A stretch of DNA of 64,000 bases from Octopus sinensis (lineage: Eukaryota), in assembly GCF_006345805.1 (NCBI RefSeq), contig NC_043006.1, positions 88,846,001 to 88,910,000 of the forward strand, written 5' to 3'. Of this stretch, positions 1 to 13,235 are shown one piece after another (position 1 is the stretch's first letter; the number at the start of each line of letters is the position of its first letter). Below the pieces are notes generated by a model that saw only the letters and a program-made list of their open reading frames with translations, was not told the origin of the DNA and ran no database searches. Made by a program: the position numbers and the translations under genes.

Positions 1-957
1 AGATGCTTTCTACGTAACTCTTACAAACTTACTTTCTTCTTTTTTACTTCCTTTCCTTGTTTCTCTCTCTCCATTCCTCATTTACTGTCTTCCCCTTACC
101 CTTTCTTTATTTCTTTCTTGTTTTTGTTTATCAGCATACCTCACTCTAAATGGGACCTATGGTGTATGTAACTCTGTGTGTGTGTGTTTGTATGTGTGTG
201 TGTGTATATGTGCGTGCTGCTTTTGTGAATATTTGGATGAATGAGTAGATGTGCGTATGTTTGATGGCATAAGGGTGTATATATGAATGTGTGCTTTTGA
301 TACATGTATAGAATCATATGAATGTATGTATGTATGTATGTATGTATGTATGTATGTATGTATGTATGTGTGTGTGTATGTATGTGTGTATGTAAACACG
401 CATATTTATATATGTGTCTGTGTGTGTGTTTGCTTGTGCGCTTCTTTGTGCTTATAATGTATTATATCATATATGTGTGTCTAAATGAATGCATATATAT
501 ATATATATATATATATATAGTGGTTGTATACTGTCAACATAACGCTGTTTAGTCCTAGGAAGCATCGACGCTTCCTGTCGGCTTTGACACATTTCCTGTG
601 TCCTTACATTTGTGAAGGGGAGGCAAGCACCCCCACCAGCCAAGATTCACACCTTTATATATATATATATATATTATATATTATATATATATATATAAAA
701 CTATACATACATACATATTATATATGTATACAAGTATATGTATTGTATATTATGTAGGTGTATATATACTATATATGCATACATATAATGTACTAACATA
801 AAACATTCATTATTACATTCGTTGGTATATATAATAATATATATATATAATAGTATATATATATATATATATATGATATAATATATATTAATAGTATAAT
901 TAATATATATATATATAAGTGTATGTATATATAAGTGTATATATATATTTCTTCTTT

Positions 958-1327
958 AATCTTTATCCCCGTCTGTCTTGATAGACAATGGGTTGCGCCA
1001 AGGGTGGGGACTACTTTGATGATGGTGCAGCGTCTGCTGTGACTGAACAGTCCAATTCTAGAGTGGCAGTCCTTGGTACAGTTGCTGCACACGAACATCG
1101 ATGGGTACGTGTGGGGTGTTGCTGCAGTTGTCCTCCTCCTGTCCCGCCTGTCAACCACAGCTGTGCTCTCTCTCTCCTCAGCCATGGAAACGCCTTTCCT
1201 CACCGTCCGACGCCAGGCAGAGCGGTCAGCAGCTGTTTCCTCCCACGTGTCCACACAGATGTTGGCAGTTCTCAGGTCGCGCTTGCACACGTCCCTGTAT
1301 CGTAGCTGTGGACGTCCCTTGGGTAAG
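958..1327 (-). mobile_element. RTE-clade LINE, 3' fragment (post-RT region with C-terminal C2H2-like finger)
   Basis: Minus ORF reads KGRPQLRYRDVCKRDL...WEETAADRSAWRRTV...CSNCTKDCHSRIGLFSHSRRC, typical of RTE C-termini; flanked by (TA)n. Confidence 0.85.
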
Positions 1328-1470
1328 TGTATATATATATATAAAAGTATATGTATGTATATTATGTATGTGTATATATATATACATATATATGCATATA
1401 TATATACATACATTTATATATATATATACACACGTACACATATATATACACATACATTTATACATTCGTT

Positions 1471-1503
<33 letters not shown>

Positions 1504-2183
1504 ATATGTATGCATGTATGTAGGTAGGTAGATAGGTAGGTAGGTAGGTAGGTAGGTAGGTAGGTAGGCAGACAGGTAGATGTTTATGTATATTCAGAAG
1601 TAATTGCCATATTTATACAATATGCGTATCTAAATGATGTTTGGTGTGTGTATATATTTGTATTTGTGCATTTTGCGTGTGCATGCATAAGTGTATGTTT
1701 AGTATGTGCATGTGTGAAACAGATGCAGTATGCACTGAACGCCATTGAGCTGCAACAACTGAGCTCTGTCCAATGCGCCTTTCAGAAGACGAGTTGAGAT
1801 TCCATAAAACAGATGTCCGTTTAACAAGGAGGACATATCTTCTCTATTGTCTGGAGACAGCATCTACTAAATACATAGAAATCTCTATTAGTATACATCA
1901 TTCATAATGGCTGTTTTATTGCTGTTATTGCTGTTATTCTTGTTGTTGTGGTGGTGGTGGTGATTGTTGATGTTGTTGGTGATAGTGGTGATGATGAAAA
2001 TCATCATCGTGATCATGAGATTGTGGTTAATGGTGACGCTGATGATATGAAGTTGAATGAGTGATACACAATTGCTTAATATTATAGACTTGCCTGTATA
2101 TTACATAAAGATCATATGTATATATGTATATATATATCTATATATATATATATATATACATTCACACACATGTCCGTTCTAAA

Positions 2184-2597
2184 TACTCTTTTACTCTTTT
2201 ACTTGTTTCAGTCAATTGACTGCGCCCATACTGAAGCACCGCCTTTAATCGAGCAACTCGACCCCGGGACTTATTCTTTTGTAAGCCCAGTACTTATTCT
2301 ATCGGTCTCTTTGCCGAACCGCTTGGTAACGGGACATAAACACACCAGCATCGGTTGTCAAGCAATGCTAGGGGGACAAACACAGACACACAAACGCACA
2401 CACGCATATATATATATATATATACATATATATACGACGGTCTTCTTTCAGTTTCCGTCTACCAAATCCACTCACAAGGCTTTGGTCGGCCTGAGGCTAT
2501 AGTAGAAGACACTTGCCCAAGGTGCCACGCAGTGGGACTGAACCCGGAACCATGTGGTTGGTAAACAAGCTACTTACCACACAGCCACTCCTGCGCC
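2184..2597 (-). mobile_element. tRNA-derived SINE (family A), full length, with internal TA/TG microsatellite and (AAAGAGT)-like tail
   Basis: Reverse complement GGCGCAGGAGTGGCTGTGTGGTAAG...GGTTCAGTCCC (A/B boxes), CORE-like ACCTTGGGCAAGTGTC; about 10 related copies in window. Confidence 0.9.
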
Positions 2598-2763
2598 TGT
2601 GTTTATAAATGTACACTATTTGTAAACAGATTAGTGTATTAATGGAACCAGTATTACACCTGTAAATAACCTCCTCACTTGATAAAGATGCAACACACTC
2701 TGCTTCCTCAAGAATTGAGTTTTCGTTTTGGACTGTAACGCATTTTTATACGAACAAACTCGC

Positions 2764-2764
<1 letters not shown>

Positions 2765-2810
<46 letters not shown>

Positions 2811-2819
2811 TAGACAGAC

Positions 2820-2916
<97 letters not shown>

Positions 2917-2923
2917 TACAGTC

Positions 2924-3009
<86 letters not shown>
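2765..3009. repeat. Compound (GACA)n/(GATA)n microsatellite
   Basis: Direct reading. Confidence 0.95.
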
Positions 3010-3050
3010 CATTGAGATTACTGACGTTATTTGAATTATCCTTCTTGCAG

Positions 3051-3122
3051 TGATTGAAATGCGGAATACGCACAGCTGTAGAGGTCCCCTTCTTTTCAAC
3101 TCACAAAGAGATACAGCCTTTG
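3051..3122 (+). CDS. Candidate 72-nt internal exon (phase 1-1) of unidentified host gene
   Basis: Acceptor ttatccttcttgcag, donor G|gtaatc; peptide [23 protein letters not shown]; frame stays open to TGA at 3200-3202. Confidence 0.3.
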
Positions 3123-3348
3123 GTAATCTAGATCCGCGTTCCTTCATCAGCATCTCAGACTTTAGCGTACACCTACTTCCTAATACCATTACTGGCCACT
3201 GATTATTAGTTTTCAATTTTATACAGTACTAAAAGAAGCTTTTATCTCCTAACTGCAAAGATAATCGCAGATGATCAGTACGTTACATATGGGGCGATTT
3301 TGCCGTATGTATACGTCTGTATGATTTCTGTGTTTGTGTGTGGGGTGC

Positions 3349-3404
<56 letters not shown>

Positions 3405-3406
<2 letters not shown>

Positions 3407-3612
3407 CCTCGTGAGTACCGCTGGCGATTTTTTCCTCTTTCTTCCCTTCTCAGGATCTTTCCTTCTCCTATGTTTCCGACGAAGAGCTTCGCTCGAAACG
3501 TTAAACCCTCCTTCTTCCCTTCTTTCCTGAGCGTCCAATAATACTTTATTTGTTCCACGTCCTCGCGTTGTTATGTTTTTTTGTTTTTTTGTGTTTTCTT
3601 GTTTGGATTAAT
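3405..3612 (+). mobile_element. Short non-coding PLE pLTR-like element (family F1)
   Basis: About 200-bp repeat with copies at 13030-13235, 18318-18512(-), 54392-54582; contains minimal HHR; ends in (TA)n. Confidence 0.75.
3473..3505 (+). ncRNA. Minimal type I hammerhead-like motif, CCGACGA (U4C) core
   Basis: TTT-CCGACGA-A-GAGC(TTC)GCTC-GAAAC-GTT-AAA; stems I and II pair; palindromic AACGTT stem III. Confidence 0.65.
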
Positions 3613-3792
3613 TATATATATATATACAATTTAAAAATAGCATAAAATCTTCATAAGAATTTATCAAGTAGTTAGCGTGAAAAACCTCATAAGAGAAGAA
3701 AACCATAAATTTTTTCCTTTAGAGGGCATTATTACACATAGATGCCTCACGCTAGGAGGAACTCTTAAAGTCAAAACTACTAAAATATATAT

Positions 3793-4069
3793 ATTATAAT
3801 TGTCATTAAATGCGACTAGGGTGTTAGGAAACACCTACATTGCTAGAAGTAGGAGCTAAACCACTCTAATGCTGCAGTTAATGCACATGAATGAAAACAT
3901 ACACTAACAGGGACCACAATTGCCCGAAAAGTGTCGATCGGGAATGTTTAATCCTGACTTCAGTTTCGGCTATTTCCGTTATCTCATCAGTTAATCTCGC
4001 TCGATTGTTCGGCTCTTTTCTAGGTAGGTGTTTCTTAACGACCTAGTCGCATTTAATGACAATTATAAT
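3793..4069. mobile_element. Element with ~46-bp inverted ends enclosing a degenerate HHR-like motif (3956-3994, minus)
   Basis: attataattgtcattaaatgcgactagg..acacctac inverted at 4024-4069; CTGATGA...GAAAC TGAA GTC on minus strand with poor stems; related sequence at 13850-14035. Confidence 0.5.
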
Positions 4070-4301
4070 TCTCCTTTTTGGTGAAACACTGCAAACATCT
4101 AATTATAAACGTATATAGTTCATAATATATATAAATAGATAATATTTGTATTGAATATATATATGTGTATATGTGTGTGTGTGTTTGTGTGTATGTGTGT
4201 GTATGTATATGTATGTATATGTATGTATGTAGGAATGTATATGTATACATATACGTATTGATATATATATGCACGTGTGTGTGTGTAGTTATTTATATAT
4301 A

Positions 4302-4576
4302 CAGTGGAAGTTCGGTTTACGAATGCCTTTCATCGCGAACAAATTGGTCTACGAACAGTGTCTTGAGTAACGAACATGCAAGCAGGCAACAATGGTTAGC
4401 CACAATCTGGAAGTACCAGCAGGAGAGCGCCATTACTGTCTACCTTTCGCCAAGCGTACATACTTGCATATCCTTCTCTTGAATTTCCTATGGGAAAAAC
4501 AGTCTCTGTCTACGAACATTTCGCGTGACGAACAGTCATCGGGAATGAATTAAATTCGTAAACCGAGGTTCCACAG
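4302..4576. mobile_element. Tigger/pogo-type MITE
   Basis: TIRs CAGTGGAAGTTCGGTTTACGAAT / ATTCGTAAACCGAGGTTCCACAG; TA on left. Confidence 0.75.
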
Positions 4577-4696
4577 CATATTAAAAAATTGAATTAGCAA
4601 CTACATGAGTGGAAAATGAACCAGTGTTATTTAATAAGGCATTAAAACAGAATGCTACTCCCCAGACACAACAATATATATATATATGTGTGTGTG

Positions 4697-4797
<101 letters not shown>

Positions 4798-4875
4798 GTA
4801 TATGTATACATACACACACACACATGCAACACACACGCATACACACACACACATATACATATATATATAATATAG

Positions 4876-4911
<36 letters not shown>

Positions 4912-6294
4912 ATATATATAAATATATGTATGTGTGTGTGTGTGTGTGTGTGTGCAGGAAATGGAGATGTAACATCTGTTCAACGTCTCCTTTTCCACCA
5001 TACTTATAAACTACACCATTTTTCAATTCTTTTGTAGCTACATTTACTCAGTTTGTCTTCCTTGTACTTCTGCCTTCTAATATCAACAGATGTTTCTTTT
5101 CTTTCGCTTTCATCTTGCTTACACATATTCTACATAAACACCGCCACCATTCTCATTTCCTCTGATGACATATGTCTTACCTTATATACCTTGCTAATAT
5201 ACATACGTATCTCTTTCTTAGTTCACAATAATTCGTGTTCCACGTATCCTTTTTTTTTTTTTGTTATTCATCATTCACTAATCTTTAATATGCTACTATT
5301 TTACTTAGTCATAATTTTCACAACAGTCCTTTGGTAGATTTTTATTAGCTGTTACATGATAACAATCTAACATCATGCGAGTGAGGTCATATAAGGATTG
5401 GAGCTGAACTAAGTTTCGGTCTCATGAGAAGAAGTAGATGTGTTAATGAAACAAAATACAAATTCCTCCAACATCTAAGAATCTAGTCTCTCACGAATGC
5501 ACCTTTACTTACTCTTTTCAATGTGGGGAACTGAACCTATTTACAATAAATTGTTCTACACAGAAACAATGAAATTGCACGTTGTGGATTTGAACTAACA
5601 ACTTATGAGTAGTTAATCCAATACCTTACCTACTCATCCACCTCAGTTTTATGAACAGAAAACATTGGCAATATTTCATCAATAAGAAATGTTGTTTAAT
5701 TAATTATAATTAAAAAAAGGTACGCAAATTGCACGGCGGGATATTTATGAAGGTTCGTGGGGAACCTCGGCATCAGATTCATTAGATATTGAAAAATAAT
5801 TAGAGGAGAGGAGATTACAGGATATTAAAAGCAGCCATGAAGCAGAAGATTCATTAGATACTATTGAAAGTTCTGTTAATATGATGATCTAACTTAATAC
5901 TTGAGATTAGAAAAGTTTATGAAGCATATTGATACAGCATGATAATAAGATATAGGCAGTGAATGGAGAATGTTTATCGAATTTCAAGAGAAATAAGGAA
6001 AACATGATCTGTTAGGTGCATAACATTAATTTGCAAGAGAGAAACAACGTGTGATATTTCAGAAGGGTTGGTTATTAGAGAAATCAGCTGACGTGAACAG
6101 AAAATATGTTATTGGCTGTTGTATTGTCTGGCTTCGGGTTAGATCTGATCGTATATATTTGTACAACTTTGTTTGAGTATGAAAACTGCCACAAGAACAA
6201 ATACTTCTTAATATTTTGTGTTTGAATAACCAGCTATAATTGGTTATAACACTAAGGTGTTCCAGCTGCGATAGGCTACTTACGTTCAATGTAT

Positions 6295-6337
<43 letters not shown>

Positions 6338-6769
6338 TGTGTGTGAGTGAGTGTGTGTGTGTGTGGTGTGTGTGTGTGTGTGTGTATGTGATATAATATA
6401 CACAGAATTTAAATACGAGCTACAAATAGTTTCATGCTGTGGAAACACAATAATTCGGGAGATTTATATATGATGCTTTGAGTCTCTGAGAGAATGCTTG
6501 CAGACATAAGGCATGACATAGATCCATAGTATGAAGCTTGTATTTGAATACTGTGTACATTAAATGATAGTTATCTCTCACTGGATGGAATATCTTTTTC
6601 TTAACCCTACTAAAAACCAAACAGTAAACTATGTTTGTGTGTGCTTGTGTGTGCGTGTGTGTGTGAGTGTGTTTTGTTTGTTTGTTTGTTTGTTTTTATA
6701 TTTAGTTGTAATAAAAACAATTTTACAGGGATTATTCTATACTTTTGTAGAGTACAAGGTTATTCTTAA

Positions 6770-7800
6770 ACAAGAATGTTGTTGACAATGACTTCGAAGT
6801 TTCGACCAATTAAACCATCGTCGGACTGCCCCGGACTGCTGTTACTGTTGGCCGCATTGTTGGTGCTGTTGTTGATGTTGGTGACGGTGCTGTCGTTGTT
6901 ATTGGTACTGCTATCACTGCAGTTGCTACTGTTACTGACGGATACACCTCTGCCTTGAGTTGCAACGACCACTCATTGCGCATTCACTGTTAACTCCATA
7001 TGAGCATCCTGCTTCTGTGAGGGGTTCAAGATGTGATCATTAAAATCTTTTTAACCTGGGGCGCACAGCTGAATATGACCCTTATGTTATGTCTATTAAA
7101 TAATGTAAATAATGTAATGTATAAGTATATGTAATTTTAAGAAATTACAGATAACTGTGTTGTCGAATGCTCCCATCGCCACATCGAAGGAGCCCACTAG
7201 ATCAATTTGTTTGATTAAAGTCGAACCTCTGTTGGACAGCAGAGTTTTCCTAACATGCATTATTACATCTACATCTCTATCACTCATGCCAGTAAACTCC
7301 CTAGCGAACATAAGGGATTTAACTAGTAGTCCTTTTGATATAGACGGATAAAAATCTACTATATTAAATTGGGTATATCATAAGGAGTGATTGGATATTC
7401 ACCTTATATCATCGTTGATATTTCCGAGTTAGTTGGGATTTTACAAAGAACCGTAAAGCCCTATCTGAAATTTTTGCAGATGCATAACTGAAAAAAAAAC
7501 TTGCTTTAAAAAAGAGGGTAGGTTCGCTTCGAAGGTTTCAGGGTCTTTAATTCTGGATGGGAACCTTCTAGATTTGATGTTGTATTGACAAGGGCGGTGT
7601 TGCTTGGTCATAGAAGTATGCCTGTATTCTCATGTACTTATGAGGTCGGTGGTCTTCTCGAGTAGCATCCTCGTGTAAAATTTGTTTGATGGCGTGGGTA
7701 TATTTTTCGTTGAGTAACGAAGATCATATAATTCATGTCTCTAAAGAGAGTATCTTTTGTAACTATGTACACGCACACAACAAGTGAGGCATCTATAGAA
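6770..7800 (-). mobile_element. Old, internally deleted Naiad-type PLE
   Basis: Minus-strand remnants: STKNIPTPSNKFYTRMLLEKTTDLI (N-terminal motif), IVDFYPSISKGLL..FAREFT..FDVAMGAFD (RT), KVIFSCAPQVKKI (linker); HHR at its 3' end. Confidence 0.8.
6784..6830 (-). ncRNA. Hammerhead-like motif, CCGACGA (U4C) core
   Basis: GGCAGT-CCGACGA-TGGTTTAATTGGTC-GAAAC-TTCGAA-GTC-ATTGTC; 6-bp stem I with wobbles, perfect 10-nt palindrome ACTTCGAAGT in stem III, weak stem II. Confidence 0.6.
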
Positions 7801-8597
7801 CACAAACCATGTAGTGACCTATTGCAATACACTTTGCGACCGGGGTGCGTGAAGAATCAGTCAGTTGCTCATAAGTCCGAAAAAAGCTCACCCCAAAACA
7901 TTCTTTGAGCAGTAATATTTAGTGGTGTCATTGGTTATGGCTGGTCAGAAAGTTAGCATTGGTTTCGCGTCTGCATGCTCTTAGCAATGTAAGCGACTCT
8001 GGACGGAAGCATATAACATCTTTACAAATGGAGTTAGAGTGCAGTCTTCGTCAATCAGGGATGTTAAAAAACCCTGAAACGAAATTATTCGAAGGAAAAC
8101 CGTTCCTGGGTGAGACGGTTTCAAATGTGTTCAGTTATGTCCAAAAGGGGTCAGTTTATGTACGGTCTCCTTTCACTAGTCAGCAAGTGGGGAATTCTAT
8201 GTCTTCAACATGACTTTTCTCTCATGAAGGCACCTACTAAAAACATAACTTTTGAAAGCGCTTTTTTGGGATCCTTACCCTCAAGACCAAGCAAAATCTG
8301 CACGCCTACTCTCGCTGAGGTATAGTCCAGGCTGTTCCTGAAGCTTCCATTTTATCCTGTATGGTGTTCTATCTTCTTTTAAACACTATATGTATTCCGT
8401 CAAATAAATAACATTGCGCCGCCCTTAGATCCTAATAGAGGTCCTATGGTTATCTAGATGTTACTTAAAGGGCACATTGTATGTATGTATGTATGTATGT
8501 ATGTATGTATGTATGTATGTATGTATGTATGTATGTATGTATGTATGTAGTATGTGTGTGTGTATGAATGTATGTATATATGTATGCATGTATGTAT

Positions 8598-8730
8598 GCG
8601 TGACTGTATGATACGAAGCTTGCTTCCCGACCACTTGCATCGGTGGGCAAGTGTCTTCTTCTATAACCTCGGGCCGACCAAAGCCTTGTCATAGGATTTG
8701 GTAAACGGCAACTGAACGAAGCCCGTCGTA
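8598..8730 (+). mobile_element. SINE family A-like fragment
   Basis: GGGCAAGTGTCTTCT..CTCGGGCCGACCAAAGCCTTGT..GAAGCCCGTCGTAT. Confidence 0.75.
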
Positions 8731-8762
8731 TGTATGTGTGTGTTGTGTATATATATAGTATA

Positions 8763-8794
<32 letters not shown>

Positions 8795-8811
8795 TTATTT
8801 TATAGAAGGAG

Positions 8812-8858
8812 CTTCTACAGGACTAGAACTGTTTCATTCAAAAGAAATCATCAGGAAG
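8812..8858 (-). ncRNA. Type I hammerhead ribozyme (CUGAUGA core)
   Basis: CTTC-CTGATGA-TTTC(TTTT)GAAT-GAAAC-AG(TTCTAGTC)CT-GTA/GAAG; stem II closes with a U.U mismatch. Confidence 0.7.
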
Positions 8859-8905
8859 CTTCCTGAAGATTTCTTTTGAATGAAACAGTTCTAGTCCTGT
8901 AGAAG
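8859..8905 (+). ncRNA. Type I hammerhead ribozyme (CUGAAGA core)
   Basis: Mirror copy of the preceding motif, differing only at N7. Confidence 0.7.
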
Positions 8906-8985
8906 CTCCTTCTATAAATAAATTAATTTACTCTGCTATGTATTGAGTACCTTATTTACTGCGGTTAACCCCGACTCAACCGGGG

Positions 8986-9047
<62 letters not shown>

Positions 9048-9073
9048 ATATTCATGTGTGTGTGTAATAAATA

Positions 9074-10301
9074 CGGGTGCGATGGGTAAATTGTCGACAT
9101 TTTATATTTTTTATTTCGCGCATGCGCATTGGTTGTTTTTGATTTTGTCGACTACACAGTACAGTAGGGCGAGTTGGGCTCCGTCAGTAAGAAAAACAGC
9201 ACCATGATATAATTCACTCTGCCAGAAATTTGGAAACAACATGCTGTACTGCTTGGTATTCACACCGGAAGCTACAATATGAACATTTCAGTGTGTTTGG
9301 GTGTCAATCTGAAGACAATGCAGAGGATTCGGAAAGAGTTGGATGAGACTAATAGTGATTACGAAGGTACAGCAGCTTAGGAAACTCACTCTGATCGTTC
9401 TGATAAGTAAAGAACTCATGCATTTGTTCGTGAGATCCAGGCCATAATTGACAACAATCCTGCCAAGTCAATCAGGTCCATTGCCAGGGATATGGGAGTT
9501 TCGAGTGTCTAAGTTTCTTATCAGGCAGGTAGTGCACGAAGACATTCTGTATTCTTCATACAAGATGAGAAAGAGCCAATTTTTATCCCAATCCATCAAG
9601 GACAAGAGGTAAGACCACGCTACGACGCTTTTGAACAAACTCAAGCAACCCCTCCAATCGATCGTGCTTTGGTTTTTCTCAGATGAGAAAAATTTCTTTC
9701 AGGATCATATGGTGAACACATAGAACAACCGTTGGCGTGCCGTGTCCGCAAATCATGTAACGAGAGTGATAAAAATCAAACATCCAGTCAATATCATGGA
9801 GTGATCACTAGTGATGGTGACGTTTGCCTCCATTCATCTTCTCACACAGCTTCAGACTCAGCACGGAGGCCTACATCAGGTGCCTTATGTCTGGCAACAG
9901 GGCTCTACACCATGCCACATAAGCAGAAGTGCCAGTCATGACTGTCAGACAATTTCTGCGAGCACATCACTCTACCATCTGGCCACCTAACTCCCCAGAC
10001 TGCAACCCCCTTCATTATTTTGTGCAGAGTGCAGTTGATCAAGAGACCAACAAAACCCCTTGTAATACCAAACATGAACCGAAGGCAACAATTATGGCAG
10101 TATTCACCAAATCAAACAAGGAGACCATCCAGAAGAGTTGCAGGAGATTCCGAAGTCGTCTGGAGGCTGTGGTTGAAGCCAATGGCGATTTTATTGAATA
10201 AATTTACTTTTTAGTATTTCAAGATATTTTTATGTATTTTTGGTAAATACATGTTAAAATGAGGTCTTCGTATTTGCGTAATTTAAACGACAATTTACTC
10301 A

Positions 10302-10306
<5 letters not shown>
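9074..10306 (+). mobile_element. Decayed Tc1/mariner-superfamily transposon (maT/DD37D-like)
   Basis: WFFSDEKNF..D and IWPPNSPDCNPL..FV..AV motifs, C-terminus RFRSRLEAVVEANGDFIE*; partial TIR GTAAATTGTCG/CGACAATTTAC. Confidence 0.8.
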
Positions 10307-10370
<64 letters not shown>

Positions 10371-10444
10371 CATTCGTGCACGAGTGTGTGTGCGAATATG
10401 TGCGTGTGTGTATGTATATATCTTTGTGTGCGTGTCTCTGTGTC

Positions 10445-10646
10445 TCTGTTTGCCCCCTTTCTCCCCTATCACCGATTGACAACCGGTGTTGGTGTGTCTA
10501 AGTCCCCGTATTTGCAGCGGTTCGGCAAATAAATATTAGAATAAATACCCCTGGTGTCGATTTGTCCGACTATAAAACCCTTCAAGGCGGTGCTCCAGCA
10601 TGCCCGCAGTCAAATGTTGAAACAAGTAAAAGAATAAAAGAATAAA
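10445..10646 (+). mobile_element. SINE family A 3' tail region
   Basis: GACAACCGGTGTTGGTG..GCGGTTCGGCAAA..AAGGCGGTGCTCCAGCATG..GAAACAAGTAAAAGAATAAAAG. Confidence 0.75.
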
Positions 10647-10685
10647 CATACACAAATATGTATGTATACTCACACACACATACAT

Positions 10686-10919
10686 ATCTATTTCTTTACT
10701 TCCCACAAGGGGCTAAACACAGAGGGGACAAACAAGGACAGGCAAACGGATTAAGTCGATCACATCGACCCCAGTGCGTCACTAGTACTTAATTTATCGA
10801 CCCCGAAAGGATGAAAGGCAAAGTCGATCTCGGCGGAATTTGAACTCAGAACGTAACGGCAGACGAAATACGGCTACGCATTTCGCCCGGCGTGCAAACG
10901 TTTCTGCCGGCTCGCCGCC
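10686..10919 (-). mobile_element. tRNA-derived SINE (family B) with Nin/Deu-like central domain
   Basis: Reverse complement GGCGGCGAGCCGGCAGAAACG..GAGTTCAAATTCCGCCGAG..CTTTCATCCTTTCGGGGTCGATAAATTAAGTAC. Confidence 0.85.
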
Positions 10920-11197
10920 TCCACGCACATACATATATAACACATCTTTGTACGCCTGCACACCTACCACATATATTTCTCTTCCTGTGACTTCCCATTT
11001 ATTTATACTTATGCATGGTGTCGCCCGTCTACGTCTCTATTTGCTTCTTTATACATGTCTATGTTTGTCTTTATGTCTGCAAATCTATCTGAATGTCTCT
11101 CTTGATATGTCTGGGATACGAGTGGAATGAGGAAACAAAAAATAAAGATAATACGAAATAATAATTAAAAAACTGAACCAAAAATAAGCCAAAAATA

Positions 11198-11198
<1 letters not shown>

Positions 11199-11291
<93 letters not shown>

Positions 11292-11311
11292 GGTCGCCGT
11301 CGTCGTGCTGA

Positions 11312-11367
<56 letters not shown>
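11199..11367. repeat. (AGT)n microsatellite with GGT/CGT interruption
   Basis: Direct reading. Confidence 0.95.
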
Positions 11368-11466
11368 AAATCCAAACGCTAAAATAAAATAGAAAAACAA
11401 ATATTAATGTTGCAAAAAGTGAAAAACCAATGAACATTAAAATATAACTGTACAGTAGGTCCTAAT

Positions 11467-11547
<81 letters not shown>

Positions 11548-11943
11548 CTTGAATAAAAGGTGACATCGTACATAAACTATATATATATATATGCGTGAGA
11601 TGATATATGCATATACACACATTCACACACAAGTATGTGCCTGTGTGGGTGAGTGTGTGGGGGGATGCGTGTGTGTATGTGTATGTGTGTGTGTGTGTGG
11701 AAATATGAAATATAAATAATAAAAAGATTACGTTGGTGAATATAAGGTCATTATGATGGTATTAGATGAGTTTTGTAACAGGGTTTATGACAATATATTT
11801 GTAAAATGTTCATATATTTATATGTATGTATATATACATAGAGAGAGAAAAGAAAGAGAGAGAAACATATATATATATATAGACATACACACACACACAC
11901 ACACACAGACATATATATATATATAATACATATATTAATATAT

Positions 11944-12002
<59 letters not shown>

Positions 12003-12666
12003 AATATACACACATATATAAATACATTTTGATATATATTTTTGTAGAATGGTTTTTATCTCGTTGGGATCGATATCTGTAGAGAGAAATACGTAGATAA
12101 GAAATAATTTTCCTTTTTATTTCGCAATATGTTCATATAATTTTTTTTTCTTGTCAACCTTCATTTTTGTTGATCAACAGCCGATAAACAGAAGGATGTA
12201 TGTGAGTGTGTACATACATGCATGCATACACACACACATACACAAACACACACACAGGCAATCAGTCGGATAAATACATATATAGAAGATAAGCACAAAC
12301 ACACAGAACGGTAAACATACACATACGGGGACAACTCACGGAAACAGACATTTGTAGTGGAAATAAGCAAATAGACAGCCATATATGAATACTTATAAAT
12401 GAAGTGGAGGTAAATTAACACTTCTTATGTATATGTATATGCTATTTATACTCTCATACACACACACACCACACACACACACAAGCGTATACACACATAT
12501 GTAATGGAGAAATTGTACAAAATGTATAAATGGATGATGAGTAAAGCACCGACACAGTTTCGGTTAGCTGTTGTTATCCGTAGATTTATTGCAGGAACTT
12601 CGTAGTGGTGGTTGGCATAACAGTATTAATAAAATAGGAGATGGAATGTGTAATAGACTTAATTGG

Positions 12667-12708
12667 GTACAACATATGTTTCGACCCGTTCTGGGTTTCT
12701 TCAGGTAC
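12667..12708 (-). ncRNA. Minimal hammerhead ribozyme in a probable PLE terminal fragment
   Basis: GTAC-CTGAAGA-A-ACCC(AGAAC)GGGT-C-GAAAC-ATAT-GTT/GTAC; palindromic stem III. Confidence 0.7.
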
Positions 12709-12842
12709 AACAACAAAACTTCTTACTAGAGGTTTCTTGAGTCGGCTTACGTACCGCTATATGTCCCTCAAATTCGAGAATGAGTAAAATCAGAGAAAAA
12801 TTATTGAAGCGTAGAAAATTCAAATATCAACGTGAAAACTGT

Positions 12843-12900
12843 ACATGAACGATTTAGGGCAGCGGAAGCTACGCAGTAGGGGTGCTATGTGTATATATGT
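12843..12900 (+). repeat. Short dispersed repeat, second copy at ~16995-17050
   Basis: catgaa(c/t)gatttagg..g(g/a)aagct(a/g)cgcagtaggggtgctatgtgtat at both sites. Confidence 0.6.
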
Positions 12901-13029
12901 GTGTTATGTGTATGTATGTGTGTGGATTTATGTGTGCTATTTTATTTTACACACATGTATGTATGTATGTATGTATGTATGTATGTATGTATGTATGTAT
13001 GTATGTATGTATGTATGTGACCATTCAAA

Positions 13030-13235
13030 ATGTGACCGCGTGTGCACCGTTGGCGATTTTTTTCCTCTGTCTTCCCTTCTCTGGATCTTTCCTTCTGCTA
13101 TGTTACCAACGAAGAGCTCTGCTCGAAACGTTAAACCCTCCTTCTTTCGTTCTTTCCTGAGCGTCCAATAATACTATATTTGTTCCACGTCCTCGCGTTG
13201 TTGTGTTTTTTTGTGCTTTCTTGTTTGGATTAACT
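13030..13235 (+). mobile_element. Family F1 pLTR-like element, degenerate HHR at 13103-13135 (CCAACGA)
   Basis: Aligns with 3405-3612. Confidence 0.75.

Larger units (their letters stand above)
8795..8990. mobile_element. Palindromic pLTR-like insertion carrying two head-to-head hammerheads
   Basis: Near-perfect loopless palindrome 8795-8922 centred on AAG|CTT at 8858/8859; bounded by (TA)n. Confidence 0.85.
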
